The translations under genes were made by a program, and so were the position numbers. Positions 45,199 to 60,073 of a stretch of 64,000 nt of DNA are shown one piece after another. Origin of the DNA: the human T2T-CHM13v2.0 reference genome, Homo sapiens; assembly GCF_009914755.1 (NCBI RefSeq), contig NC_060947.1. The stretch is one strand, 5' to 3'. The notes beneath the pieces are model-generated. The model was not told the origin of the DNA. It saw only the letters and a list, made by a program, of their open reading frames with translations, and did not search any database. Position 1 is the stretch's first letter. Each line of letters begins with the position of its first letter.

Positions 45199-48100
45199 TT
45201 TTTTTAAGTTCAAGGGTACATTTGCAAGTTTGTTATATAGGCAAACTTGTGTCATGGAGGTTTTTTCTACAGATAAATTTATTCCCCAGGTATTAAGCTG
45301 AGCACCCACTAGTTATTTTTCCTGATCCTCTCCCTCCTCTACCCTCCACCCTCTGGTAGGCCCCAGTGTGTTTTGTACCTCTTTATGTGTCCATGTGTTC
45401 TCATCATTTAGCTCCCACTTGTAAGTGAGAACATGCAGTATTTGGTTATCTGTTTCTGTGTTAGTTTCCTAAGGATAATGGCCTCCAGCTGCATTCATGT
45501 ACCTGGAAAGGACATCATCTCATTCTTTTTAATGGCTGCATAGTATTTCATGGCGTATATGTATGACTTTTTTTTTTCAGTCTACCATTGATAGGTATTT
45601 CATGTCTTTGCTGTTGTAAACAGTGCTACAATGAACAAATATATGTATGTGTCTTTATGAAATAACAATTTATTTTCCTTTGGGTATATACCCAGGAATG
45701 AGTTTTCTGGGTCAATTGGTAGTTCTGTTTTTAGGTCTTTGAAAAATTGTCACATTGCTTTCCATAACAGTTGAGCTAATTTACACTCCCATGGATAGTG
45801 TATAAGTGTTTCATTTTCTCCCCAGCCCCGCCAGCATCTGTTATCTTTTGACTTTTTAGTAATATTCATTCTGTATGTTGTGAAATGATATCTCATTGTG
45901 GTTTTAATTTGCTTTTCTCTAATGATCAGTGATACTGAGCTTTTGTCATGTGCTTGTTGTTCACATGTGTGTCTTCCATTGAAAAGTGTCATGTCCTTTG
46001 CCCACTTTTTAATGGGATTTTTTTTTTGTAAATTTGTTTATGTTCCTTATAGATGCTGGATATTAGATTTTTGTCAGTTGTATGGTTTATAAATACTTTC
46101 TTCCATTCTCTAGGTTGTCTAATCACTCTACTGATAGTTTCTTTTGCTGAGAATAAGCTCTTTAACTTAACTAAATCCCATTTGTCAATTTTTGCTTTTG
46201 TTGCAATTGCTTTCTTTTCTTTTCTTTTTTTTTGAGACGGAGTCTTGCTGTCGCCCAGGCTGGAGTGCAGTGGTGCAATCTCGGCTCACTGCAGGCTCTG
46301 CCCCCCTGGTTCATGCCATTCTCCTGCCTCAGCCCTCCCTAGTAGTTGGGACTACAGGTGCCCGCCACCTCACCCGGCTAATTTTTTTTTTTGTATTTTT
46401 AGTAGAGACGGGGTTTCACCGTGTTAGCCAGGATGGTCTCGATCTCCTGAACCCGTGATCCGCCCGCCTCGGCCTCCCAAAGTGCTGGGTGCAATTGCTT
46501 TTGACATCTTGGTCATGAAACCTTTGCCCATTTCTGTGTCCAGAATGCTATGGCTTAGATTGTTTTCCAGGGTATTTATAGTTTTGGGTTTTACATTTAA
46601 GTTTTTAATCAAGCTTGAGTTTATTTTTATATATGATGTAAGGAAGGGGTCTAGTTTTCATCTTCTGCATATGGCTAGTCAGTTATTTTTTCAGCTTCTT
46701 CAAAGATCAGACGGTTGTAGGTGTGTGGACTTGTTTCTGGGCTCTCTATTCTATTCCATTGGTCTATGTGTCTGTTTTTGTACCAGTATCATGCTGATTT
46801 TTGTTGTTTTTCACTGTAGTCCTGTAGTATAATTTGAAGTCAGGTAGCATGATGTCTACAGCCTTGTTCTTTTTGCTTAGGACTGCCTTGGCTATTTGAG
46901 CTCTTTTTTGGTTTCATATTAATTTTAAAATAGTTTTTCTTTATATAGTTCTGTGAAGCATGTTGTTGGTAGTTTAATAGGAATAGCATTGAATCTGTAA
47001 ATGTATTTGGGCAGTATGGCCATTTTAATGACATTGATTCTTCCTATCCATGAGCATAGAATGTTTTTCCATTTGTTTGTGTCATCTTTGATTTATTTGA
47101 GCACTGTTTTGTAGTTCTCCTTGTAGTGACATTTCACCTTTCTGTTTTGTTGTATTCCTAGGTATTTTATTCTTTTTGTGGCAATTATGAATGGGATTGT
47201 GTTTCAGATTTGGCTCTTGATTTGACTGTTGTAGTGTATAGGAATAATGGTGATTTTTGTACATTAGTTTTGTATCCTGAGACTTTGCTGAAGTTGTTTA
47301 TTAGCTTAAGGAGCTTTTGCATCAAGACTATGGAGATTTCTAGATATGCAATCATATCATCTGCAAACGGGGATAGTTTGACTTTTTTCCTTTGTATTTA
47401 GATGCTCCTTTTTTTTTCCTCTTGCCTAGTTTTTCTGGCCAGGACTTCCAATATTATGTTGAATAAGAGTGGTGTGAGAGTGCATCCTTGTCTCGTGCTG
47501 GTTTTCAAGTGGAATGCTTCCAGCTTTTGCTCATTCAGTATGATGTTGGCTGTAGGTTTGCCATAGATGGTTCTTATTATTTTGAAGTGTGTTCCTTCAA
47601 CACCTAGTTTATTAGGAGTTTTTAACATGAAGTGGTGTTAAATTTTATCAAAAGCCTTTCTGCATCTATTGAGATAATCATGTAGTTTTTGTTGTTCTGT
47701 TTATGACAAAAATGTCATTAGTTCTGTTTATGTTCTTCTGTTTATGTGATGAGTCACATTTATTGATTTGCATATGTTCAACCAACCTTGCATCTTGAGA
47801 ATAAAGCCTACTTGATCCTGGTGAATAAGCTTTCTGATGTGTTGTTCAATTTGGTTTGCCAATATTTTGTTGAAGGTACTTGTTTCAATGTTCATCAAGA
47901 ATATTGACCAGAAGTTGTTTTTCGTTTTGTTTTGTTTTTTGCATGTGTTTCCACCATGTTTTGATATCAGGATAATGCTGGCCTCATAGAATGAGTTAGA
48001 GAGAAGGCCATTCCCTTCCATTTTTTTTTTGTTTGTTTGTTTTTGAAATAGCTTCAGTAGGAATAGTGCCAGTTCTTTTTTGTACATTTGGTTGAATGTA

Positions 48101-51100
48101 GCTGATAATCCATGTTTCTAGGCTTTTTTGATTGGTAGGCTATCTATTACTGATTCAATTTAAAAGCTGGTTATCAGTCTGTTCAGAAATTCAATTTTTT
48201 CCTGGTTAAGTGTTGAGAGGGAACACGTTTCCAGGAATTTAATAATTTCTTCTATGTTTTCCAGTTTGTGTGCAGAGATGTTTTAGTAATATTATATGTT
48301 GGTTATTTGTATTTTTCGGAGTCAGTAGCAATATTCCCTTTTTCATTTCTCTTTGTGTTTAGTTGGAACTTCTCACTTTTCTTTTTATTAGTCTGACTAG
48401 TAGTCTGTCTATATTTTTATTTATTTTATTGTTGTTTTTTTTTTTGAAAAACCAATTCCTGGATTGTTGATCTTTTGAATTGTTTTTGTGTATCAATCTA
48501 CTTCAGTTCAGCTTCGATTTTGGTTATTTCTTCTCTACTGCTAGCTTTGGGGTTAATTTGCTTTTGATTCTCTAGTTCTTTTAGTTATGATGTTAGTTTG
48601 TTAACTTGAAATCATTCTAAGTTTTTGATTTGGGCATTTAGTGCTATGAATTTCCTTCTTACCATCACCTTAGTTGTGTCCCAGATATTGTGGTATGTTG
48701 TTTCTTTGTTTTCATTAGTTTCAAAGAACTCCTTGATTTTTGCCTTTATTCCATTATTTACTCCGAAATCTTTCAGGATCAGGTCATTTAATTTCCATGA
48801 AATATTATGGTTTTGAGCTATTTCCTTTGTCTTAATTTCTAATTTTACTGCACTGTGTTCTAACAGAGAGGTTGGTATAACTTCAGTTTTTTTTGCATTT
48901 GCTGAGAATTGTTTTAAGCCTTATTGTGTGGTCAGTAGTAAAGTATGTGCCATGTGACAATGAGAAGAATGTAGATTATGTTGTTTTTGAGTGGAGAGTT
49001 ATGTAGATGTCTATCAGTTCCATTTGATTTAGTGTTGAGATCAGGTCCTGAATTTCTTTTTAATTTTCTGCCTCAATAATCTGTCTAATATGGTCAGTGA
49101 GGTGTTAAAGCCTCTTACAATTATTGTAGGGGAGTCTAAGTGTCTTTGAAGGTCTCTAAAAATTTCTTTATAACTCTTTGTGCTATTATGTTGGGTGCAT
49201 ATATATTTAGGATGGTTAGGTCTTCTTGCTGAATTAAACCCTTTACCATTATGTGATTAATGCCTTTCTTTGTCTATGAAGATCTTTGTTGATTTAAAGT
49301 CTGTTTCCTTTGAAATTAGAATTACAACCTTTGTTTATTTCAGTTTTTCATTTACTTGGTAGGTAATTATCCATCTCTTTATTTTGAGCCATTGGTTGTC
49401 TTTGCATGGAAGATAGGTATTTTAAAGACAGCATAACATTGGGCACTGCTTCTTTATCTAACTTGCCACTCTGTACCTTTTAATTGGGACATTTAGCCTG
49501 TTTACATTTAAGGTTAGTATTGATATGTGTAGATTTGATCCTGTCTTAATTATATTAGCTCGTTATTATTCAGATTTGTTTGTGTGGTTGCTTATTTGTG
49601 GTTGCTGTCACTGGTCTGTGTACATAAATGTGTTTCTTTAGTGTCTAGTAATGGTTTTTAATTTCCATATTTAATGCTTTTTCCAGGAGCTCCCGTAAGG
49701 CAGGTCTGGTGATAACAAATTTCCTCAGCATTTGTTTGTCTGAAAAGGGTCTTATTTCTCCTTCACTTATGAAGCTTAATTTGGCTGGATGTGAAATTCT
49801 GAGTTAGAAAATCTTTTCTTTAAAAATGTTAAATATTGGCCCCCAATCCCTTCTAGCTTGTAGGATTTCTGCTGAAAGGTCTGCTGTTAGTCTGATGAGT
49901 TTCCCTATGTAGGTGACCTGACCTTCCTCCCAAGCCACTTTAACATTTTTTCTTTCGTTTCCATCTTGGAGAATCTGATGATTATATGTCTTGTGGATCA
50001 CATTCATGGAAAGTATCTTGCTGGGGTTCTCTGCATTTCCTGAATTTGAGTCTTGGCCTCTCTAGCTAAGTTGGGAAAGTTCTCATGGATGATATTCTGA
50101 AATGTGGTTTCCAAGTTGCTTCTCCCCATCTCTTCCAGGGACACCAGTGAATCATCAATTTAGTTTTATTATGATTCATAGCCTCCTTCAATTGAGTTGC
50201 AATGTAATCCTGTAGCTCAATGATCTTTCTTCCTATCTCTATTCTGAATTCTATTTCTGTAATTTCAGCCATCTCAGCTTGTTTTAGAACCTTTGCTGGA
50301 GGGCTAGTGCAGTTGTTCAGAGAAAAGATGCAACCCTGGTTATTTGAGTTATCAGAGTTTTTGTGCTGGTTCTTTCTCTTCTTTGTGGATTGACATTTAT
50401 TTCAATCTGTGAAGTGCTGTCTTTCGGATTAAAAAAATATTCTATTTTATTACCTTAATGATTGGATTGTGGTATAAAGTGTGTTCAGTTGACTGGCTTC
50501 ATTTCTGGAATATTTTATGGGGCCAAGGCTCAGCTCACAGCTCCTGAACTTTGCACTCTAACTCCGGAGGACTTGTATCAGGCCTTGACTTTGTTATCTG
50601 GCTCCTGGAGGTTAAGAACCCACTGCACTGGGGAGAGCCAAGGTGCTCCTAGACCATTGGTCATAACACTCTGATGTGTGATGCCAGCCAAAGCATTTCA
50701 CAGAGCAGTGGCAGTGGAATCCATCATTGTTCACATGTGTGAGTGGCAGTAGAAGTGGCAGCAGCAGCACAATGGGGTGCACATTAATCAGCTGAGGCAG
50801 GGTGCTAGTGGGTGCCAGGCTGCTGGGGGGTGCCAGCTTCCATGTGGGCATGGAGAAGTGGTGGAGGCAGCACAGCTTGAAGGAGAGGGGCCTCTGCTGG
50901 TGACTGTGTGTGCATTTTCACTGGTAGTGGTATTAGTACGGGGGTGGGGCGCTGGCAGGCACAGAACTGTGTGCATCCTGTGTGTCCATTCATGCAGGAA
51001 AAGGTGGCTACTCAGGGTGTCAGAAGATTTGTTGTTTTTTGTGTCTAGTTTCACTCCAGTGGCAGTGTTGACACAGGTGTGGGACACTGGCACAGGCAGT

Positions 51101-52020
51101 GCTGGTGGGCTGTGTTGCCATCAAGGTTGTGACTGCACTGTTGGTATGGCAGGGGGAGGGGGGACACAGTGTACTCACACTGACAGTAGTGGCAGGGCAG
51201 GGTGCAGACACACATGCACGCTGGCATGGCAGAGAAGGCAAGATCCATTCATGTACATGTGCACTGGCAATGCAATGTTGGGATGGTCTTGGGCCTGGGG
51301 GAAGGTGCAGTAGGGGGAGGAAGTGGGGAGGCTGCTGCATGTCCACAGTGGCTTCTTTGCTGGAACTCTGTACCTGTCAGGTGTGTCCTGCCAGTGCAGC
51401 AGCTATGATGTAATCCCCCAGGGAACCCAAGGCTGCACTTCAAGCAGGCATGGCTAGGCTGGGGCCCTGGGAGAGGCCAGCCGCCCAAAGGGTGCTCTTT
51501 TCAGACTAGGCTCGTCTGATGGGAAAGACTGCCCTGTAGAGTTCAAGTCTTAAAGTTCTGCTAGGGCTAGAGTGTCCTGTGGAAGCAAGTCGAACCTAGG
51601 GGAGTGAGTGTCCCTTCCCGTGCTCCGCTGCAGACATGCCTGCACCAAACCCTCTGTGTCCTGCACCAGATTTTAAGTGCTGCCCATACCCCTTCTCTAA
51701 GCAGCTCTCCCTGCCAACTCAAGCGTCCATGGTGGTGAAGAAGTCTCCTTCTGCAGGGATTCCAGAGGCTTGTGGTGAGAGTGGGTTGCTCCTTGCCAGC
51801 TCAACTCACCTGTTCCTCCAGAGTCAATGGGGACCAGAAACATGCCCTGGTGCATTTCTGCCTGTGTCATTTTCAGTTTCATCTCCCTTTAATGCAGCTT
51901 CCTTGTCTTCCCTCTGTCCATTCTCAGGACCTTCCCTCTGAAGATCTTTTAGGAAGGCACCAGTCAGTCCCTTGGTGGCAGTTGTTCCACCTGGCTGCAT
52001 CTAGTTGGCTAACTGTCCCA
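45199..52020 (-). mobile_element. Near full-length decayed LINE-1 (L1PA13-L1PA15-like)
   Basis: Antisense 3' UTR at ~45200; ORF2 peptides ([24 protein letters not shown]), ORF1 peptides (IRLTADLSAEILQARRDWGPIF); GC-rich 5' UTR ~50450-52020. Confidence 0.9.
46214..46489 (-). mobile_element. 5'-truncated AluY inserted in L1 ORF2
   Basis: Ends at 'cccaaagtgctggg'; 12-bp TSD tgcaattgcttt at 46202-46213 and 46490-46501. Confidence 0.93.
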
Positions 52021-53689
52021 GCTCCCACAAAGAAGCATTTTAGAGGTCACGGAACAACTGTAGATTTTCCCATTGATTGCTAAGATTACTTCTCAAGTCA
52101 CTTTTAGAGTTCAACACAATTATGGAAAGTGAGGATGACCTAGATATTAAAATATTATTATTTACCCTATGGTGTGTCTTCAGTGCAAATTTGTAAACAT
52201 TTTAAGGCAAAGAATATCTCAAGCTTAACTTTTTTAATATTAAATTTTTATTTTGGAATAATTTTAGATATGCAGAAAAGTTACAAAGATAGACTTCTCA
52301 TATATTTTTTACCCAATAGCCCCCAATGTTTACATCTTATATAATCATGCCACTTTTGTTAAAAGTAGTAAGTACTGGCATCCTATCATTTCATGTGTAT
52401 TTCAACAATCTTTTTACTAATATTTTTTATTCCACTAATTGCCTTATCAATCAATGAATACCAGTGTACATTCCAAGTAATCTTTCAGAAATTATCACTT
52501 TCCTTTGTTCCTTCCTTCTTTCGTTTATGTACTTAAGACACATTTTAAATGTCTATATGCTAGGATACGTTGATAAACAAGGCATGATTCTAGCCTTCAA
52601 GCAGCCCATACTTACACATAAAATTGGATTTCAAGTGTTTTTTTTTCCTCTGTTTAAAAAGAATGAGAAAAAGTATAAATAGAAAAAAAATAATTTTTAC
52701 CCAAATGTCACTTAAAAGATTCTAGCTTTTATTTCTAAATGTTATTAACTTCATTGACCATTATTATCTCTTAGTACAACTACCTTTTAAAATAAATATG
52801 TTTTGCGAATTACTGAGTAGTCCCTGTATCTTCTAATTTCCTTCAACATTACTGTTTACTTTTAAAATCTGTTTTTTCTTAAATTTCTGTATTCTTTCTA
52901 CTGAAGCTAACCTTTGTGTAATATTCAATGTATGATTTCATATAAGCTCTGTTGTGGTTAAACTAAAAATTTGAGCCATTGGCTGAAAAAAAAAAATGGC
53001 CCATGTTTCAATCCAGATATTTACTTTAACCCCTACATTATTAAGAGGTATCTTATGCCTTCCTTAAATTCTTAGATACTGTAAGCCTCTGATCTAGAGG
53101 GGTTTGTGGTTGTTTCTATCCTGACAGAAACAGTTATGGTAAGGGCTTCTTATTATCTCCCTGTCTATTAAGAGAAACATATGGCTCACTGCTGAGACAT
53201 CTTATCATGCAGGGTACCTTCCCAGTTGCTGTCGGTGTGACAATAAAGGCTTCTTCTATTTCTCTTTGGTAATAAATGCATTGAATCACAAAATAAAAGC
53301 AGATTGTTTGTTCAGTCTTCAAATGGAATGGAAAGCAGTTCCTGAAATTTGCCTGTGTAAAAGGCAGTTAATAATTTATATTGGCCAAATAATGTAAGAT
53401 ATGAGTAAAAAGCATTTCCTTAAAGGGTTCATGTTATGACAAGGCACTTATCTATATGCTCTGATTTGAGGGATTCTAGGACAGACACGTGATCCTAAAG
53501 AAATACCATTCTCCATGTCCCCATTCCCTGGTCATTGAAAAAGAGGAAGAGGCAACACTTTTGACATAAAATACCAGGGTGGAGAATATTTGGCAACGAT
53601 GTTTGTGGTTGCATGGATTATGGCATTGGGGGAGAAGATATCTAAATAAAAACAAGTGGAAAAAGAGGAATGAATAAGGCATGTTCTCA

Positions 53690-53860
53690 AGAGAAGTTTT
53701 GAGTTATAGAATGTCAGAAATTACCCCGTGTGTTCAATTGCTTCATCTTGCAGATGATGAAACTGAACTTCAGGGAGGTAATCTTAGTTATTCTGTGAGA
53801 AGACAAAATAGAACGTGGGACTAGAACATAGTTCTCAGACACACAGTTCGGTGCTTTTTA
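53690..53860 (-). mobile_element. MIR relic
   Basis: 'ttcatcttgcagatgatgaaactgaacttcagggaggtaa...ggactagaac'. Confidence 0.55.
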
Positions 53861-56800
53861 AATAGTTCATTACTGTTTCCCAATTTTTCTGAGAGTTGAA
53901 ATCAAGACACAACAAAATTCACAGTGATCCAGATGAAGTGCTGAATCAGAAAACATTCTTAAAATTTGTAGTTATTTTGTGTTATTCTGTAGATATGTAT
54001 ACTAATTTTTTAATTTTAATAGTTTTATGTATTTTAACAAATTGCTGTAATGCAACATTTGACTGGGGCCAACAACCTCTTTAATATACATCTTGCAATT
54101 TTAAGTCAAACAATTTTTGTAGATTTGATGATGGAAATCTTAAGGTTCTTAGGATAAGAAATGCAATTAAATATACAAGACATGGTAAACTGCCTAAAAT
54201 TATTAGTTTAATTTACTCGAGGGGTTTACATTCAAAGCCACTCCTTTGCTAACCAATTTTTAAAATGTATTTCAACATCAATAGAGTATTCAAGTAATTG
54301 CCTTATTTATAGTTGTCAGCACTGATGATGACACAGCCGGTGAATTTTTAAATTCTGCTTTTATTTACCAGACTTTGACATCTCTGTCTCAAACCCCTTC
54401 GTTGTGCCAGCTGACTTTGATGGACATGTCGATTTTCACCCCACCTCAACTATCGTTCCCCATGGTCTCACCTAGATTTACAGATTGCTAACTTTACTAT
54501 TACCATTGTATCTGTCCTCTGATTTCGTAAAAACCTCCAGTCTATTAAAACCTCTTTTATTTTTCCCCACGTATCAGCTTCCTGTAGCTTTTACTTCCTA
54601 CAAAATGATTAATTAGATTTACCTATCTTTAATTAACTTTATTTTATTTATTCATCATTTACTCCTCCAGCAATTCTAATCTGAAAATTGCTAGTGATGC
54701 AATCCAGTCACTGCCATCATTAAACTTGCTACATGTAATGCTTTTATACTTCCAGATACAGGTCCTTCAGTGGTGGCCTGAGGATGTTCAGGAAGAAAAG
54801 TAATTCAGAATATGGTATTAAAGGAGTCTCTTATCTCTGAGCTCAGAAAGCTCCTGACCCCAATTTCTGACAGTGCTCTGTCTAAATTAGCATCAGAGTA
54901 CACTCACTAATGGAAGCAGAATGTGGACATTCTTGCTGCAATGAAAGAAGCTGTATCCATTCTATGCATGAATTGTTGACTTTTGCATCTTAATATACCA
55001 CTGCCTTTTACACAGAACAACAAGATAAATTAGAAGTCTATTGCAATGTAACTTGATACATAGTGAGGGAGCTAACTTAAAAGTCAGTTAATTTGCAAAC
55101 TAGTGGTCCAAAAAGCATTAGTGCAGTAACTACTTGTTTTAAATACTGCATTCTGATCTACATTACTAACTAGTACAATCAATCATGCTAAATCTGCAAA
55201 AGGCAGAAGTGAGCATGTAAAAATTAAGCGGAAAATAACCTGTTTGTCTCGCACTGAAATTCAGCATACCAGTTTAAACTTAGGTTCATAAAGTGCAAAA
55301 TATAAAATCTTAAAATAGTAATGGTGAATATTGAAAACATTTTCTATTTTAGTTCAAATAATTGCTTCATTTATGCTTACTTTTATTAAAGCAATATTTT
55401 CTTATAGCTATACTGCTTATCTTAAAATTTCAATGACTTCATGGAACTGCAATATTCCAGATTGGTCGCGTCATTTCTGAATACATTAACAGGATCATTT
55501 GAATTGTGAATAGTTACTAATATTAGCAGGTGCTTCGAATATTTAAATTAGTTTACAGTTATTAGTATTTTGGTAGCTGAAACAACAATATATTGCTGAA
55601 GACCAGGATTCCCCCCAAAATAGATCTAACAATATCTATAGCCACATCCACATCTGTATTGACATATATTTATATAGGGTATGTAAAAATTGATAACTAT
55701 TATGATATTTATATATATGTGCTGTGTATATAATCATAAATGTGTTCTGCAAGTGTGGCAGAATTGTTTATCATAGTTTCTTAAAAAACACTTTGGGGGT
55801 GGAACAAGTTGGTAGAACAGAAGCCCACGCTATTTATCCTTCCTGCAGGAACACCACATTTTAAAAATTATCTGCACATAGAAAAGCACTATCACAGGAA
55901 GCAAAAATCAGGTAAGCAATTAAAACACATGGTGTTAACTTCATATCACTGAAAGAGACATTGGAAAGGGTCAGAAAGAAAATCTTGAATCCTTGATGTC
56001 ATCCCTCCCCATGCCCCAGCAGAGGCTATGCAGCATAGAGAGTTTGTGCACTTGCGAGTGGGAAAGTGCAGTGACTGTGGGAACTCTACACTGAGCTTAG
56101 AGCATCCCTGTCATAGCAGAGAGCAAAGCCATGCTTGGATCAGCCTGCACCTGTGCACAGAGGGAGCATTTGGAACGGCCCTGGCAAGAGGGGAATAACC
56201 CATTCCAGTGGTCAGAATTTGGGTTTTTCCACTAGCCTTACCATAGCAGACAAAAGTGCTCTGGGGTTCCAGGTTAAATTGAAAGGCAGTCTAGGACACA
56301 AGGGCTGCAATTCCTAGGCAATTCCTAGGGATATGCTCGGCTTAGAGCCAGAGGACTAGGGCTACATGTAACCTAGGGAGACATGAGTCAGGGTATCTAA
56401 CAGAGTGCTTGTGCCACATCTCCCTCAACACCAGGAAGTGCAGATCACAGCAATGAAAGTGACTCCTCCCTTCTCCTTAAGGAGAGGAAACTGAAGAATA
56501 AAAAGGACTTTTTCTTGCATCTTGGATACCAGCTCAGCCACAGTAGGATAGGGCACAAGTTAAAGTCCTGAGGCCCAAATTCCAGGCCCTAGCTCATGGA
56601 TGACATTTCTAGACACATCCTGGTTCTAAAGGGAACCTGCTGCCTTGAAGACAAAGACCCAGCCCTGGCAGAATTTATCAGCTTCTGACTAAAGAGCCCT
56701 TGAGAGCAGAATAATCAGCAATGATGCCCAGGTGGTATGCCATGGACCCTGGGCTCTGAGACATGCTGACTTCAGGTGTGACTCAGCATATTCCCAGCTG

Positions 56801-57975
56801 TGATGGCTATGGTGAAAGATTCCTTCTGTTTGAGAAAAGCAGCGGGAAAAATAAAGGGGACTTTGTCTTGCACCTTAAATACTAGCTCGACCACAGTGTG
56901 GTAGAGCAACAAGCAGGATCTTGGGGTTCCTGTGTCCAGGCCTAGGCTCATGAACATCATTTATGGACCTTCCCTGGGCCAGAGGGGAGCCCACTTCCCT
57001 GAAGGGTGAGACCCAGGCCTGGCAGCATTCACAACACACTGACTAAAAAAGCCCTTGGGGTTTAAGTGAACATTGGCGGTGGCCTGGCAGAAGCCTCCAT
57101 GGGTTGGTGGTTGTGGTGGCCATATGGAGAAGCTACTCTCCATGTGGAAAGGGGAGAAAAGGGTGGGAAGAACTTGATATTGTGGTTTTAATGCCAGCTT
57201 AGCCATGGTAGAATAGAACACCAGGTAAATTTCTAAGGTTTGTGACTCCAATCATTGGGTCCCAGACAGCATCTCTGGACCTGTACAGGATCTGAGGGAA
57301 CTTGCCACCCTGGAGGGAAGGACACAACCTAGCTGGCTTCAACACCAGTTGATTGTAGAGCCCTAGGGTCTTGAGAGAACATAGGTGGCAGTCAGGTAGT
57401 GGATATATGCCTTAGGTGAGTTAGATAGTGGTTATAGGCCTTGGGTAAGACCTAGTGCTGTGCTGGCTTCAGGTCTGACCCAGTGCAGTCCCAGTGGTGG
57501 TGGCCACAGGGGTCTTTGTATTACCACACCCCCAATTCCAGGTGACTCAGCACAGAGAGAGACTCTGTTTTGGAGAAAGAAAGTGAAAAGGACAAGATTT
57601 CCCTGCCTGGTAACATAGAGAATTCTTCTGGGTTACTTCCAAGATGATCAAGGTGGTACCTCCATGAGTCTTTAAAAACCACAGCGCTATTGGGCTTAGG
57701 GTTCAAGTTCCTTTGAAGACCTGGAAAGCCTCTTCAAGAAGGACAGGCAGAAACAAGCTCAGACTATGAAGACTATAAAATTTCTTAATTCATCCATGCC
57801 TAGACATTAATGAACATCTACAAGCTTCAAGACCATGCAAAGAAACATGATTTCAGAAAAGGAAATAAATAAGGCACCAGGGAACAATGTTGGAGAAACA
57901 GAGATAAGAGAACCTTCAGACAGATAAAATAGCTCCTTTGAGGAAACCCTAAGAAAAGCATAGCCCAGAGAAAAG

Positions 57976-60073
57976 AACTAGACAAGAATGCCCACTTTCA
58001 ACACTTCTATTTAACATCATTCTGGAAGTCACAGCTGCAGCAATTAGTCAAGAAAAAATAATAAAGGGCATCCAAATTGGAAAAGAGGAAGTTGAGCTAT
58101 TGCTGTATGCAAATAATATAATTGTATACCTATAAAATTGTAATTTTTTTTAAAAGACTCCTAGATTTGATACATAAATTCTGTAAAGTCTCAGGTTACA
58201 AAATCAATGTACACAAATCAGAAGCACTGCTATACACCAACAATTACCAAGCAGATAATTGAATCAAGAACTCATTTCCTTTTAAAATAGCTTCAAGAAA
58301 ACAAACAAACAAACAAAAAAAAACAAACAAAAAACCTGGGAATATACTTAACCAAGAAGGTGAAAGATCTCTACAAAAACAACTACAAAACACTGCTGAA
58401 AGAAATCATAAATGACACAAACTAATGAAAACACACCCCATGATCATGGGGTTGAAGAATCAATGTTGTGAAAATAGCCACACTGCCCAAAGCAATCTAC
58501 AGATTCAATGCAATTACCATCAAAATACCAATATCATGTTTTATAGAATTAGGAGAAACAACCCTAAAGTTCATATGGAAAAAATGAGCCCAAATTGCCA
58601 AATTAATCCTAAGCAAAAAAAAAAAAAAAAAAGAAAAAAATCTGGAGGCATTACATTACCTGACTTCAAATAATATTACAAGACAATACTTATCAAAACT
58701 GCATAGTACTGATATAAAAGTGGGCACATAGACCAATGGGATAGAATAAAGAACGGAGAAATAAAGCCGAATATGTACAATCAACTTGACAAAGCATACA
58801 GAAACATAAATTGGAAAATGTACACCCTATTTTAATAAATGATGATGGAGAAACTAGCAAGTCACATGTAGAAGAATGAAACTGGATTCCTATCTCTTCC
58901 CATATATAAAATCATCCAACATGGATCAAAGACTTAAATATAAGACCTGAAACTATGGAAATTCTGGAAGACAACATTGAAAAGTCTCTACTAGATATTA
59001 GCCCAGGCTAAGAATATACGACTAAGACCTCAAAAGGAAATGCAACAGAAACAAAAATAAATAAATGGGACTTATTTAAACTAAAAATCTTCTGAATAGC
59101 CAAAGAAATAATCAGCAAACAGACAACCCACAGAATGGGAAAAAAAATTTTGTAAATGATGTGTCTGACCAAGGACTAGTATCCAGAATCTAAAAATAAC
59201 TAAATCAAATCAGAAAGAAAAAACAAAAACCAAAAAAATTGTCATCACAAAGTGGGCAAAGGTCAAAAATAGATATTTATGAAAAAATGCCCATCACTAA
59301 TGGATCCAGAAAATGCAAATTAAGACCACAATGAGATACCCCTTTACTCCTAGAAGAATAATCACTTTTAAGAAGTCGAAAACCAATAGATGTTGGCATA
59401 GATGTTGGGAAAAGAAAATGCTTATACACTGCTGGTGGGAATGTAAATTAGTACAGCCTCTGTGGAAAACAGTATGGAGATTCTTTAGAGAGGTAAAAGT
59501 AGATCTACTATTCAATCCAACAATTCCTCTACTAGGAATCTACCCCTCAAAAAGAAGTCATTATATGAAAAAGACACCTACACACTTATGTTTAGAGCAA
59601 CACAATTCACAATTGAAAAGATGTGAAACCAATCTAAGTGCCTATGGACTAATGAGTGGATGAATGAAATGTGATATATACACATATGGAGTACTACTCA
59701 ACCATAAAAAAAATGTCTTTTGCAGCACCTTGGGTGGGGCTGGAGTCCATTATTCTAAGTGAAATAACACAGGAGTGAAAAACAAGCAAAAAAACTGAAT
59801 GTTTTTACTTATAAGTGGGAACCTAGCTATGAATATGAAAAAAAATTACAGAGTGATATAACAAACTTTAAAGACCAAGAAGAGGGAGGAAATAAGGGAG
59901 GTTAGAAATAAAAACTACATATTAAGTAAAATGTACTCCACTTGGGTGACAGATGCAGTAAAATCTCAGAATCCACCATCACATGACTCATTTATGTAAC
60001 AACAACAACAACAACAAAAGCAATAACAACAAAACATAGTACCCTAAAAGCCACTGAAATGAAAATTTAAAAA
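57976..60073 (+). mobile_element. 5'-truncated L1PB-like element nested in ORF1 of the host L1
   Basis: Begins in RT region 'agacaagaatgcccactttca'; ORF 59313..59663 is the ORF2p C-terminus; L1PB-type 3' UTR and A tail. Confidence 0.82.

Noticed and set aside
50462-52083. Cluster of overlapping ORFs in GC-rich sequence
   Set aside because: Lies in an L1 5' UTR where GC content lowers stop frequency; no recognisable protein
54735-54810. Possible exon after 'cttttatacttccag'
   Set aside because: Acceptor-like site, but no convincing donor and no recognisable coding content
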